A stretch of 64,000 nucleotides of DNA from assembly GCA_964645005.1 (NCBI GenBank), contig CAZXYS010000010.1:10709-74708 (forward strand), read 5' to 3'. Within the stretch, counting starts at the first letter, position 1. Every line of letters begins with the position of its first letter. Of this stretch, positions 29,722 to 40,200 are shown piece after piece. The DNA is from an uncultured Hyphomicrobiales bacterium (GTDB lineage: Bacteria > Bacteroidota > Ignavibacteria > Kapaibacteriales > UBA2268). The translations under genes and the position numbers were made by a program. The notes beneath the pieces were generated by a model. It saw only the letters and a list, made by a program, of their open reading frames with translations, searched no databases and was not told the DNA's origin.

Positions 29722-29755
29722 TGTAACTTTTTATTTCAATGGAGTGTCTTTTATT
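29722..29755 (+). promoter_or_regulatory. Putative ECF sigma-dependent (autoregulatory) promoter
   Basis: TGTAAC-N17-TGTCT upstream of the ECF gene; a near-identical motif lies at 60177. Confidence 0.45.
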
Positions 29756-29798
29756 TTGAAACCATGGAAAATTAAAATATGGTTAAGAATGAATAAAG

Positions 29799-30362
29799 AT
29801 GTTAGGAAGTAAGACAAATAAGGTAAGTGATAAAGAGCTTCAGCGGGCGGTCAAGGAACTGAAACAAGGCAGCGCTGAAGCATTTCAGATACTTTATAAC
29901 AAATATCATAATAAAGTATACAGATTTTGCCTTAGAATGCTTGACGATGAAGCTGCTGCCAAAGACGCCTTTCAGGAGACATTCATACGCGTATACGAGC
30001 ACAGGAAGGAATTCCATGGTAAGAATTTTTCAGCGTGGCTGTTTACTATTGCAAGACATACTTGTTTGAATCACATTAGAGCGAGAAGAGAACACGAGAC
30101 TTTCGACGAAGTTTTTCACGGTTCGAAGAATGAGAGAGTGACAGATATAGGTTTGAAGGATAGTCTAGATAAAGCAATAGCCACGCTTCCGCCAGCAATG
30201 CGGGAGGCTTTGGTCCTTCGCGAATATGAGGAGTGCTCATATCAGGAGATTGCGGATATTTTAGGAATAGATCTTTCATTGGCTAAGGTGAGAGTATATC
30301 GGGCAAGGATTATTTTAAGAAAGATATTAAAACCAATTCGTAAGGAAATAAATGAATCTTGA
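29799..30362 (+). CDS. ECF sigma-70 factor
   Basis: DAFQETFIRVY, FSAWLFTIAR, SYQEIADILG...KVRVYRAR. Confidence 0.93.
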   Translation: MLGSKTNKVSDKELQRAVKELKQGSAEAFQILYNKYHNKVYRFCLRMLDDEAAAKDAFQETFIRVYEHRKEFHGKNFSAWLFTIARHTCLNHIRARREHETFDEVFHGSKNERVTDIGLKDSLDKAIATLPPAMREALVLREYEECSYQEIADILGIDLSLAKVRVYRARIILRKILKPIRKEINES

Positions 30363-31785
30363 AGATCTTATATCGAAATATGTTGACGGTGAACTAACTG
30401 TTGAACAAGATGAAGCGCTTCGCGAAGATATAGCGAAGAACGCCGTATCAAGAGAAAAATTCTACTCTTCGGTGAGTCTTTATCTTGCAATGCGTGAAGA
30501 TGCTCAGTCACTGGAAACTCCCCGCGAAGTGTATCAGGAAACTGAAGACAGGATAATGATGGAGATCTTAAAGGATACTCCTGCTGCTGTTGACACCAAA
30601 CCAAAAAGAAGAATAATACCTGCTTTTGCTTCTTTGATAGTCGTTTTCTTGCTTATATCAATATTCCGTATAGATGATATGTATTACAACAAGCTTGATC
30701 CATTCTTAGCTTTTAACAACGCAGTACAAGAAGGTAAGGCTGAAATCGAATTTTTAGTGCCGGAAGGCAAAATGCAAAAAGATATCAAATCGGTCGAGGC
30801 TGCCGCTGAGTCGAATAATACAGACACTCCCCTTGAACCTGCAAATGATGAGTTCGAAGGAGCTATATTGGCATTCAGTTCTACAGATAATAGAAACATA
30901 TTGAATGATTTTGATCTTGGAAGCTTTTTAAGTAAAGAAAATGCCGGTTTAACCAGGATTTACAATGGCGAGCCCAGTATCAGTGCCTTATATGATAATT
31001 TTTACTCCTTTTCAAATTTAAATAATAGAGGTTTTGATAAAGGTAATTTGACTGATAAAAAATTCGGTAACAGGAATTCATTTGCTTCTATAGTCCCTAA
31101 AGAAGTTAATACCCAAAATGGCTCCCGCACTATAGAAAAATTAAAAAACGGCAAAAGAGAAAAGATGATGGAAAATTCCAAACAAACCGGTGTAATGCCG
31201 ATGAATGGTTTCGGATACAGTTATAACAGCAACATTCATATATCACCTGTCTTTGGTTTGGATATGTATCACGACGGAATTGAAACAAAGGATGACACAC
31301 CAATGATGCATACATCTCTGGGCATTGCTTATGATTTGAGCGAAAAATCCAAATTGGGTATGGAGTTAGGCTATTCCGAATTTACTTATAATCATCTCGG
31401 CAATATTTACGTGCCTGCTCCCGAAACACCTGAAAGCGGAACTTCACTCAGCACTGTTGAAGTGTTTGACAACGAAAATTACATAGAGATACCATGGACT
31501 TTTACCAGGGAAAAGCGTCTGTATTGGGGCGCAGTGTTTTATGAATCAACTGTTTTTGATATTACCAATTTTGATCTTGGTTATAGAGTTGGATTTGGTG
31601 GTTCGAACGATGGTCCTCTTGGATTTGGAAGATTGACGGCTAAATACGAAATAATCAGCGGAATAAACTTAACTGTTGGTGGAGATTACAGAATGTTCTA
31701 TGCAAACCTTATGAACGAAGGTAATCAAGGAAAAGAATTAAGCTCCTCTTTATCAATTATCTACGGGCTGCAATTTAAGTTCTAA
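30352..31785 (+). CDS. Putative anti-sigma factor with TM helix and C-terminal outer-membrane beta-barrel-like domain
   Basis: Overlaps the ECF gene. N-terminal 'LISKYVDGELT' anti-sigma-like start, TM at ~aa 89-106, amphipathic strands ending YGLQFKF. Confidence 0.7.
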   Translation: MNLEDLISKYVDGELTVEQDEALREDIAKNAVSREKFYSSVSLYLAMREDAQSLETPREVYQETEDRIMMEILKDTPAAVDTKPKRRIIPAFASLIVVFLLISIFRIDDMYYNKLDPFLAFNNAVQEGKAEIEFLVPEGKMQKDIKSVEAAAESNNTDTPLEPANDEFEGAILAFSSTDNRNILNDFDLGSFLSKENAGLTRIYNGEPSISALYDNFYSFSNLNNRGFDKGNLTDKKFGNRNSFASIVPKEVNTQNGSRTIEKLKNGKREKMMENSKQTGVMPMNGFGYSYNSNIHISPVFGLDMYHDGIETKDDTPMMHTSLGIAYDLSEKSKLGMELGYSEFTYNHLGNIYVPAPETPESGTSLSTVEVFDNENYIEIPWTFTREKRLYWGAVFYESTVFDITNFDLGYRVGFGGSNDGPLGFGRLTAKYEIISGINLTVGGDYRMFYANLMNEGNQGKELSSSLSIIYGLQFKF

Positions 31786-31963
31786 GATAGATGTTAATTT
31801 GAATGATAAAAACTAAGATTAAATAATTTTAATAAACTTTTATTATAAAGAATAATTACAAAAAGTGAATTACCTCTTTATACTTTTTAAAAAAAATTTT
31901 ATATTGGGAAATTGTTAATTTTAAAATTAATAACATTGTATTAAGGTCAAGAAGGAGCTATAT

Positions 31964-33964
31964 ATGAAAAATTTAAGTTACTCATTTACAACTAAAGCGA
32001 TGATTTGTTTGGCTTTAATCCTCGCTTTCTGTTTCCCTGGATTTAGCAATGCTCAAAGCAGCAATTTTGATGGCGAATCAATGAAAAAGCCAGTCTATGA
32101 CAAGATTTCCCAGGATAGAGAAAATATCATAGGACATCAAGTTCAGGAATTTAAGAGTAATGGCAATTCCATTCAGGCACCTGAATTTTATGTCATAGAC
32201 TCATTGCAAAATGCATTCTCATTCTTTTCATCAGAGCAGGAGCCTCTGATTTATCATCCTGAAACAGAAACTTTGGTAATGATAAAAAGAGGTCCGGATT
32301 CGCGCGAAGTATCTGAAACCAATCTGGATAATTTATTCTTACGTACTTCTAACGATTGGGGGGAAACATGGACAGAACCTCTGCTGATCTATGATTACGA
32401 AGATCCTGCAAACAGTGTGCCGATTGGAATGAGAGCAAGATATCCAAGTGTATTTCCTTTTATATTTGACACTGAATTGGCATTCTTGTATTCTTCGCCA
32501 TTGCACGACGGAGATCCCAATGACGGCTTAGATTGGGATGGTGTTGTTACCGGTGTTAATGTTCCGGAGCTAGAAACACAGGTTAATTTCTTTGTTGCCA
32601 ACAGCAGTGACAGAATGACTTTTAATGATGTGGAGTTTAACTGGAGCACAGGCTCTTATGTTCGCGGTGGCATAATAGAAGGGACACCATATATGTTTGC
32701 TGTTGGCGAATTATACCCTCAGACACCTCCTATAAAAAATGATTCCTTTTATGTGAATAGTAATCTAGCTTATAGAAGAACAGCGGATTTTGAGAATTTC
32801 AACATCAAAATACCGGAACCATGGTCCACTGACAATTTTCATCCTGTAGGAAATGAAAATTCAAGAAGCAACACAGTGGCAGGCTTGAAATTTGCTTCGG
32901 AAGAAGAGAATTCTCCCGGTAAAATGTATTTTGCAGCTTTTGGGAATTTCAAAGGAAGACCAATCAATAACAGACCTACTGTTGGCTACTCTGTTAGCGA
33001 AGATTACGGAGAGACCTGGGGCGATTTTGAAGTGTTTGATTTCCAGTTAGCAAGAGATTATGCGCAGGCTCAGGGAGTTAATCCTGATAGTGTAACCTTT
33101 TCATACAGAAGCAATGATTTTGTTGTTCACAACAATGGAGATCTGAGTTTTGCGCTTCAATTTGAAAGATCCAATAATGCTGACAATGGATTCTCTCAGA
33201 TAGTCGAGGTGTACACAAAAAACGGTCAGTGGGGAATTCGGAAGATCGCTGACAAAAATCCTGTATGGCTCCCTATGTGGGATGACGAAAATCAACAGAG
33301 CAATCTTGGCTCCAACCAACTTGATTATGAAGTACAAGTATCAAGAACAGTTGACGGCTCGGCTTTACTTGCCAAATGGGTTGATATACAGGGATATCAA
33401 TATAATACCGGAGATCAGACCTTTACTTTTGAACATACTGACATATTCATAGCTTCACGATCATTGACTTCTAATGACTGGGAAGTAAGAAATCTAACAG
33501 ACAATCCTGAGGCATTGTACAGAACTACATGGATACCTGGTCTTTTACCAAATAATCTCGAGGGTATTCCATTAATCCAGATTGCTTCAAAACCAGGAAG
33601 CAGCGAGCCGATTCCAGTACGGAATCCTTTCATACCCCAGTATGTTACAATTGCTCATTTCAATGTTGTTGTGGGCGTTGAGGATCAAATTGACAGAATC
33701 GGCAGCATGGACCTTAAAGTTTATCCTAATCCGGTAAAAGATAATGCTACATTGCAGCTATTTAATAATGACGGGGTTAACGATGTAAAGGTTTCTTTAA
33801 GGAATGTATTAGGTCAGGAAATAAAATTATTATACGATGGTAAAATTAGCAGCGGAGTCAAGACCTTCAATGTGAATACAAGGGACTTGCCTGCAGGAAC
33901 TTACTATTGCACGATTCTGGCAAGCGGTCAAAAATTTACAAAAATGATTACAATAGTAAAATAA
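31964..33964 (+). CDS. Secreted T9SS cargo with BNR/Asp-box repeats
   Basis: Signal peptide. SNDWGETW, SEDYGETW. CTD 'VYPNPV...LPAGTYYC...KMITIVK'. Confidence 0.85.
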   Translation: MKNLSYSFTTKAMICLALILAFCFPGFSNAQSSNFDGESMKKPVYDKISQDRENIIGHQVQEFKSNGNSIQAPEFYVIDSLQNAFSFFSSEQEPLIYHPETETLVMIKRGPDSREVSETNLDNLFLRTSNDWGETWTEPLLIYDYEDPANSVPIGMRARYPSVFPFIFDTELAFLYSSPLHDGDPNDGLDWDGVVTGVNVPELETQVNFFVANSSDRMTFNDVEFNWSTGSYVRGGIIEGTPYMFAVGELYPQTPPIKNDSFYVNSNLAYRRTADFENFNIKIPEPWSTDNFHPVGNENSRSNTVAGLKFASEEENSPGKMYFAAFGNFKGRPINNRPTVGYSVSEDYGETWGDFEVFDFQLARDYAQAQGVNPDSVTFSYRSNDFVVHNNGDLSFALQFERSNNADNGFSQIVEVYTKNGQWGIRKIADKNPVWLPMWDDENQQSNLGSNQLDYEVQVSRTVDGSALLAKWVDIQGYQYNTGDQTFTFEHTDIFIASRSLTSNDWEVRNLTDNPEALYRTTWIPGLLPNNLEGIPLIQIASKPGSSEPIPVRNPFIPQYVTIAHFNVVVGVEDQIDRIGSMDLKVYPNPVKDNATLQLFNNDGVNDVKVSLRNVLGQEIKLLYDGKISSGVKTFNVNTRDLPAGTYYCTILASGQKFTKMITIVK

Positions 33965-34015
33965 GGTAGGAAATAAATTTAACTTTGAATCAAGTTCTTT
34001 AAAGGAGAAAGACTT

Positions 34016-37000
34016 ATGAGAAAACTAATAACTATTATATTTTTGGTGAGTATTTTGTTCCCGGCAGCGGCGAGCGCCTCAATATACGGAATCCTCAAAG
34101 GAAAAGTCATGACTGAGGACGGAGGTCCGGCGGCAGGCGCATCCGTCAGGATTGAGGGGACAACCAAAGGAGCGTTGGTTAAACAAGACGGCAGCTTTAC
34201 TATTGTCAATATTAATGCGGGCACTTATACCGTAAAAATTACATCTGTCGGTTATGCCGAACACAAGGAAAATGTGAAAATTTCGCCTGATAAGACAACA
34301 AAAATTAATGTGGTGCTGGAATCAGAAGTTAAAGAAACCGATGAAATTGTTGTTACCGCAGATCAGGAAATGGTTCGTAACGACGAAGTCGGCAGCATGA
34401 GTACTATCAGCACCGATGACGTTGAACAAATTGGCGGTGGTATTCAGGCTCTGGTTGGAATTACCGCAGGTGTAAGTTCCGGCGGCGACGGCTGGAATAT
34501 ACGCGGCAGCCGTACTTCGGAAACCCAAATAAGAGTTGACGGGCTGGATTTCAGCAACCAGTTTACCGGCGGTATTGGACGTGCGGGAACAGGTTATGCA
34601 CCTCTGGTATCCTCTTATGCTACGGAAGAAACACAGGTTATAACCGGCAGCTTCTCCGCTGAGTACGGAAATACCATGGGCGGAGTTGTTAACACTGTAG
34701 TTAAAAGAGGAAGAACTGACAGATATGAGGGGTTCCTCCGCTACGAAGATGCAGTTCCTTTCCTTTATGGTACACATAACGAGAGATTAAAATTAGTTCG
34801 TGAAGAAGGAAAAAACAATCTTATTCATGTGAACGATGGGTTTGACTACGAAGCGACTGATGAATATAAAGTAGAATTTGGTACTGGTGGACCTTTGCCA
34901 TTGCTGGCAAATTCAACATTTTATATTTCAGGTAATTATTCTGCCAGGTCAACAGGAAACTATTTTTCACATTTTGATCCCTGGGGAAATGACATTGGCA
35001 AAGAAACAGGCACTGAGATTTGGAGCAAAAACTTAACAGGTCGTATGACCTACTCGCTTACTCCGGAGATAAAACTTATCCTCGGCGGACAGTACGGTAT
35101 GACTAACTGGTTCGGGACAGGTTGGGCATGGTTGTATGCCAATGATTCCGGAGTTTTTTACGACACTACTGCAAATGGCGAGGTCAATTCATACTCAAAT
35201 GGTGTGCCTGAGAGATTGATGAAACAGAACGCAAGTAATCAGATACTGGCAAATTATTTCATGAGGATCAATCATCAATTGAGTACTTCGAGTTTCTATG
35301 AATTAACTGTTTCTACTCAAATAAATAATGATGACGCTGGCAGAAGACCAGATCTTCATGATCCGAATTTTGTAACGGGATACGATTTTATCTATCCACA
35401 GGATAAATTCAGAGTCTCTGATTTTAAACTCGTTCCGGGCTTCAACAGAATTGTTGACCATTACGAGTTGATCCTGAAAAACCAGAAGAGTGCTGATGGT
35501 TACCAGTATGGTGCGTTTCCTGTAAGAAATCCTTTAACCGGTTATTATGAGGGGCAGACGAATACAAGCGGATCGAATAATCCTTATGGTTTCGATCAGT
35601 TTTTCGTAACCCATGGTTCAGGTGGGTTCCAATACAGAAGGCAGTATTCATACAACGTTGACGGAAGTTATTTTAATAATTTCCAAACTGAAGAATTTGA
35701 CCATAAATTCAAAACAGGTTTTGAATTTCAATATACTGAGTTGTTAAGACATTATAACGGCAATCCCTATAGCGCTAATCCATTTCATGACATATATACT
35801 GATCAATGGGGAGGCAACATATATCTAAAAGACAGCGCTGAAATTTACAACAGAACAAGTAAACCATTTACACCTTACCGCTTTGCAGCTTATGCACAGG
35901 ATCAGATTGAGTACAAAGGTATTGTTTTTACACCGGGATTAAGATTTGATTTCTTTGAACCTGATTCACGATACAGGCTGCCTTCACAGAATTTCCTTTC
36001 AATTGCTGCGGACAGTGGTTTTGCGGAAGCTGAAACAAAAATACAGTTAAGCCCCAGGATTTATGTGGCTTATCCTTTAACAGAAAGATCCAACATTTCA
36101 ATTAGTTATGGAATGTTCTTCCAGATTCCTCCGCTGCAATATCTGTATGATAACTTTAATAAGACGGAGAGTAGAGGAAATGCAATTTTGGGACATCCGG
36201 ATATGGATGCTCAAAGAACCAATCAATATGAAGTTGCTTATCGTAATCAGTTGACCGATGACTTCATGCTTGCAATAAAAGCATACTACAAGGATATTTA
36301 CAATCAGGTTGGTCTGGAGTATGTACCTGCTGTTCCGGATCCGTTTTTTCAATATACTGTAGCTGAATACGGATTTTCAAAGGGAATAGAATTTGAATTC
36401 AGAAAGAGGACTACCGACCATATCGGATTCAATATAAACTACACCCTTGCACAGGCGGAAGGAACATCGACCAGTCCCACATCAAACTATCTGCGCCCAT
36501 TGGATCCTTATACTGATATTCCTGCTATACCATTGGATTCCTATCCACTGGGTTATGATATAAGACACAGGATAAACTTTATAATGAATTTCAACTGGGC
36601 AAATAATGAAGGTCCATCGATTGGTGGTATTCAAGTTCTCGAAAATATGAACTTTAATGCAAGAGTTACGTTTAGATCAGGTTCACCTTATACTAGAAGA
36701 GATTTAGCAGGAAATCCGATTACGGAATTCAATGCTGAAAGACAGCCATCGGTATGGTCTAACAACTTGAGAGTTATCAAGAAGTTCTGGTTAAGAGATA
36801 TCTTTGGGGAGTCAATGGGTAACTCTGCCATCGATTTGATACTTGACTTTTACAATCTGGTCAACAGTACAGCCGTAACAGGTGTTTATTCCAGAACGAA
36901 TGATCCTGATGATGACGGGGTTTGGCTGCAGAGAACAAAAGGTACAATAACAAATAGCATCACTTATTACGATGAGCCAAACTTTGCTATTGTTGAAACT

Positions 37001-37192
37001 ACTCGACCCGAACAGTATGATTTTTACGGCGGAAGAAAATACAGCCCGGATGCAGATTATGACGGAAACGGATCAGTAACTCAAGATGAAAAATATCAAA
37101 GTTACCTTGAGATAACTGAAGATCTATTTGAGACCATGAATAATTATCGGAATCCCAGAACAGTATTCTTCAGTATTCTGTTCAGATTTTAA
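34016..37192 (+). CDS. TonB-dependent receptor with N-terminal carboxypeptidase-regulatory-like domain
   Basis: Signal peptide, EIVVTA, plug IRGSR...GSFSAEYG..GGVVN, YAQDQIE, SPRI, terminal FRF. Confidence 0.9.
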   Translation: MRKLITIIFLVSILFPAAASASIYGILKGKVMTEDGGPAAGASVRIEGTTKGALVKQDGSFTIVNINAGTYTVKITSVGYAEHKENVKISPDKTTKINVVLESEVKETDEIVVTADQEMVRNDEVGSMSTISTDDVEQIGGGIQALVGITAGVSSGGDGWNIRGSRTSETQIRVDGLDFSNQFTGGIGRAGTGYAPLVSSYATEETQVITGSFSAEYGNTMGGVVNTVVKRGRTDRYEGFLRYEDAVPFLYGTHNERLKLVREEGKNNLIHVNDGFDYEATDEYKVEFGTGGPLPLLANSTFYISGNYSARSTGNYFSHFDPWGNDIGKETGTEIWSKNLTGRMTYSLTPEIKLILGGQYGMTNWFGTGWAWLYANDSGVFYDTTANGEVNSYSNGVPERLMKQNASNQILANYFMRINHQLSTSSFYELTVSTQINNDDAGRRPDLHDPNFVTGYDFIYPQDKFRVSDFKLVPGFNRIVDHYELILKNQKSADGYQYGAFPVRNPLTGYYEGQTNTSGSNNPYGFDQFFVTHGSGGFQYRRQYSYNVDGSYFNNFQTEEFDHKFKTGFEFQYTELLRHYNGNPYSANPFHDIYTDQWGGNIYLKDSAEIYNRTSKPFTPYRFAAYAQDQIEYKGIVFTPGLRFDFFEPDSRYRLPSQNFLSIAADSGFAEAETKIQLSPRIYVAYPLTERSNISISYGMFFQIPPLQYLYDNFNKTESRGNAILGHPDMDAQRTNQYEVAYRNQLTDDFMLAIKAYYKDIYNQVGLEYVPAVPDPFFQYTVAEYGFSKGIEFEFRKRTTDHIGFNINYTLAQAEGTSTSPTSNYLRPLDPYTDIPAIPLDSYPLGYDIRHRINFIMNFNWANNEGPSIGGIQVLENMNFNARVTFRSGSPYTRRDLAGNPITEFNAERQPSVWSNNLRVIKKFWLRDIFGESMGNSAIDLILDFYNLVNSTAVTGVYSRTNDPDDDGVWLQRTKGTITNSITYYDEPNFAIVETTRPEQYDFYGGRKYSPDADYDGNGSVTQDEKYQSYLEITEDLFETMNNYRNPRTVFFSILFRF

Positions 37193-37239
37193 TAAAACCC
37201 AAGAATAATAAATTAAGATAATAAATAATAGAGGGATTT

Positions 37240-40200
37240 ATGAAGATAGTGTTTAAAAAATCAATTTTGGCAATGATCTTACTGATGTTCTTTTCGGGAA
37301 CTTTTATTTCCCAGGCAGATATCAGCGAAGAAGCCAGAAAAAAGAAAAATAAGAAAGATGAAATCCAAAGAACTTATAAAAGATACTTTGACCTTCAGGA
37401 GAATTCCATAAGTGACATCCAATTGCCTATAACTAACTACGGAATTATTGGATTGGATGTTGCAAACAGTACCGGCGGCGGTTACTGGCCCCGTGGTTCT
37501 CAAAATCAATATATCTTTGGAGGTGGTATTTGGTTTGGTGCAGTCAGGGAAAACCCGAATACCAGCGAAGAAAAGAAATATGTCGAAGTGACTTATAATC
37601 CAAATAGCGGTGAATCATGGATGGTTCCCGGACATATCAAATATGACGAACAGGATGTAGCAGATCAATCAGATATTAATAGGTACAGAACCTATTTCTC
37701 CACAGATTTTCGCCCTGACGGAAAAACAATTGATCCTGATGAGGGCGGCGATTGGGATTGGCCCATCTGGGACGTAGCTGAAGATCCTGAAGTAGAATTA
37801 AAATATAATCGCTATTTTGGAGCTTTCGTCGGTGAAAAAGCTCTTCGTACATCAAATAAGTATGAACGGGGTCCTGCCTTTATTTCCGGTGAAGATATAT
37901 TCTGTACTTACAAGGATACTGACCTGAACCAGTATGAAGGCGGCTACGGAAGAAGAAGTCAGGAAGGCTACCCTTTACGTCTTCAGTTTGAACAAATGAT
38001 TTATTCCTGGGGATTTGGCGACTACGCAAACTTCATGTTTGTGAAGTACACAATCATTAATTACTCACAGGATACTCTAAAAGATTGCTGGGTGGCGCCT
38101 GTAATGGATGTTGATATTGCCAGAAGACAAAACGCAAGATTTGGTGCCGGAAATGACAGAGCCAGATATTACGAAGAAGCAGATTCTTTAAACCTTGCTT
38201 TTCAATGGTCTGAATCGGATCGCGGCGAAGCAGGAAGAGGTTTTGGTTATCTCGGATTTGACTTTCTCGAATCACCAGCAGTGATCAGGACTTTCGATAC
38301 AGTTGTTACTAGTGACGGCGATACGGTAATAAAAGAAATACAAACGGACAGCACAGGTTTTATAAGAAAAGACAGTTCTTTTTATGCAACGAGTTCACAG
38401 CTTGGACTAGTTACTTTCAGAAATTGGGCTATTGAAAATGATATTCTCGAAGATGAGCCAAGATATGAATTTATGGCTTCGGCTCAGAAAGATGGAGATA
38501 TCGGTGCCGGTGATAAGCGGTTTATGATGGCAACCGGTCCTTTTCACATGAGACCCGGAGACACTGCCCGAGTGGTAGTAGGTATTATTCTTGCAAATGC
38601 GGCAGTAAGACAGGAACCGGACGGTTCTAAAGAAGACGTAAAAAATCTTGTAGACAGAGATATATTTGCTCAGCGAGTTTATGATGAGAACTTCAGAGCA
38701 CCCACACCACCATTTAAAACCAAAATTCAGGGTTATAAGCCTTTGAATAACGGAATTCAAATAATGTGGGACAGCACTGCAGAGGCTTCATTTGATACTT
38801 ATGAAAAAGGTCTTGATTTCATGGGTTATAAAATCTTCCGTGCCAAAGATCCTACTCTGGATACATTTAATGTTGATCAAATATCACCAGGACAGGGACT
38901 GACAAAAGGTGCAGGTCCATTCGGATGGAAAGAAATCAGAGATTGGAGACTGCCAAATCCATTCAGAAAATCTGTTCACAGGGCTGGTGAAGATCCTAAT
39001 AATGAATATATGCCTTATATTGATTCTTTAAAGATTGTAGGTTTTGTTGAAGATGATACCTATGAGAGACAGTATGATCCCTTTAAATTGCAGGTTATAA
39101 GGGTAGGCAGAGGGGTTAATTTATTATCTGATTCTCTTGCTCAGGAAGTAAATCCGGGGCAAACAGTGCATCCGATAATTACCTCACTAACCAGAAACCT
39201 ACAATCAAAAGAAGGCAATTTGATACCATATTTTATCGAAGCCGTAGACACTTCTTTGTTCTCCCAACCCTGGGGACCATACTATGCTCAGTTTGTTGGT
39301 AGAGATGATGCATTGTTTACTCATCCAAGCCGTAAAACAAATAATTATTTACTTGACAGCGTTATGCTTGGTGAAATACATCTTAATCCTTCCTTATTGA
39401 ATTATAATCCTATATTCTTCAAGAAAATTACGGTAGAAGATGTTGATACATCTTATATCTTTTCTACAATTTTTGATACGAGCAATGTTTGGGGAGAGGG
39501 AATAGTAGCTCATAAAGAAGGAACAGGAAGTAAAACATTCACTGTTGTTGATACAGTGTTCTTTAAAGAATCTCTTAGCAAAGGAGATCAATCAGGTGAA
39601 TTTTACATTGATGTCATGGTCAAACGTAATTTGAATAATATCATGAGTGATCGTGAGCATGTTCAGGCTTCACTCGATAGTATTTACAAATATATTCAGG
39701 AAGGTATGGTTACTGAAGTAGAATTTCCTGAATTTGAATCCAAACCTGAGATAATTCAAGATGTCATCATACCCTATATGAGAGAAGCAACCAATGATTT
39801 CACATATACTGATTTCGGTGATGACAACAGAAACGGGGTGATCGAGACCAACCTTGATCCATCAAAGACAGAGAAGATATTGAATAATATCGATTATTAT
39901 TATAAAATAGTTGCCTATGATGAAGGTGATTATGTACAACCAACACCGACGAAATTTAATATAGCTAATGATGGAACAAGGAATTTTATTGAAACCCATG
40001 CTAAATCTTCCCCAGCGGGTAAAAAAGCTGCTTTCGATATCCTGCCCTACGATACGGCAAGAATGGGTGGATTGTATAATTTCGAATTTTTTGCTTTTGA
40101 TCAACAAAGAATAAACCAGCTTTATGCCGGGGATACTCTGGAACTTGAATTTGAACCTTATTTCAATTTAAACCAGATAACATTTCCGGGCAATGAAAAT

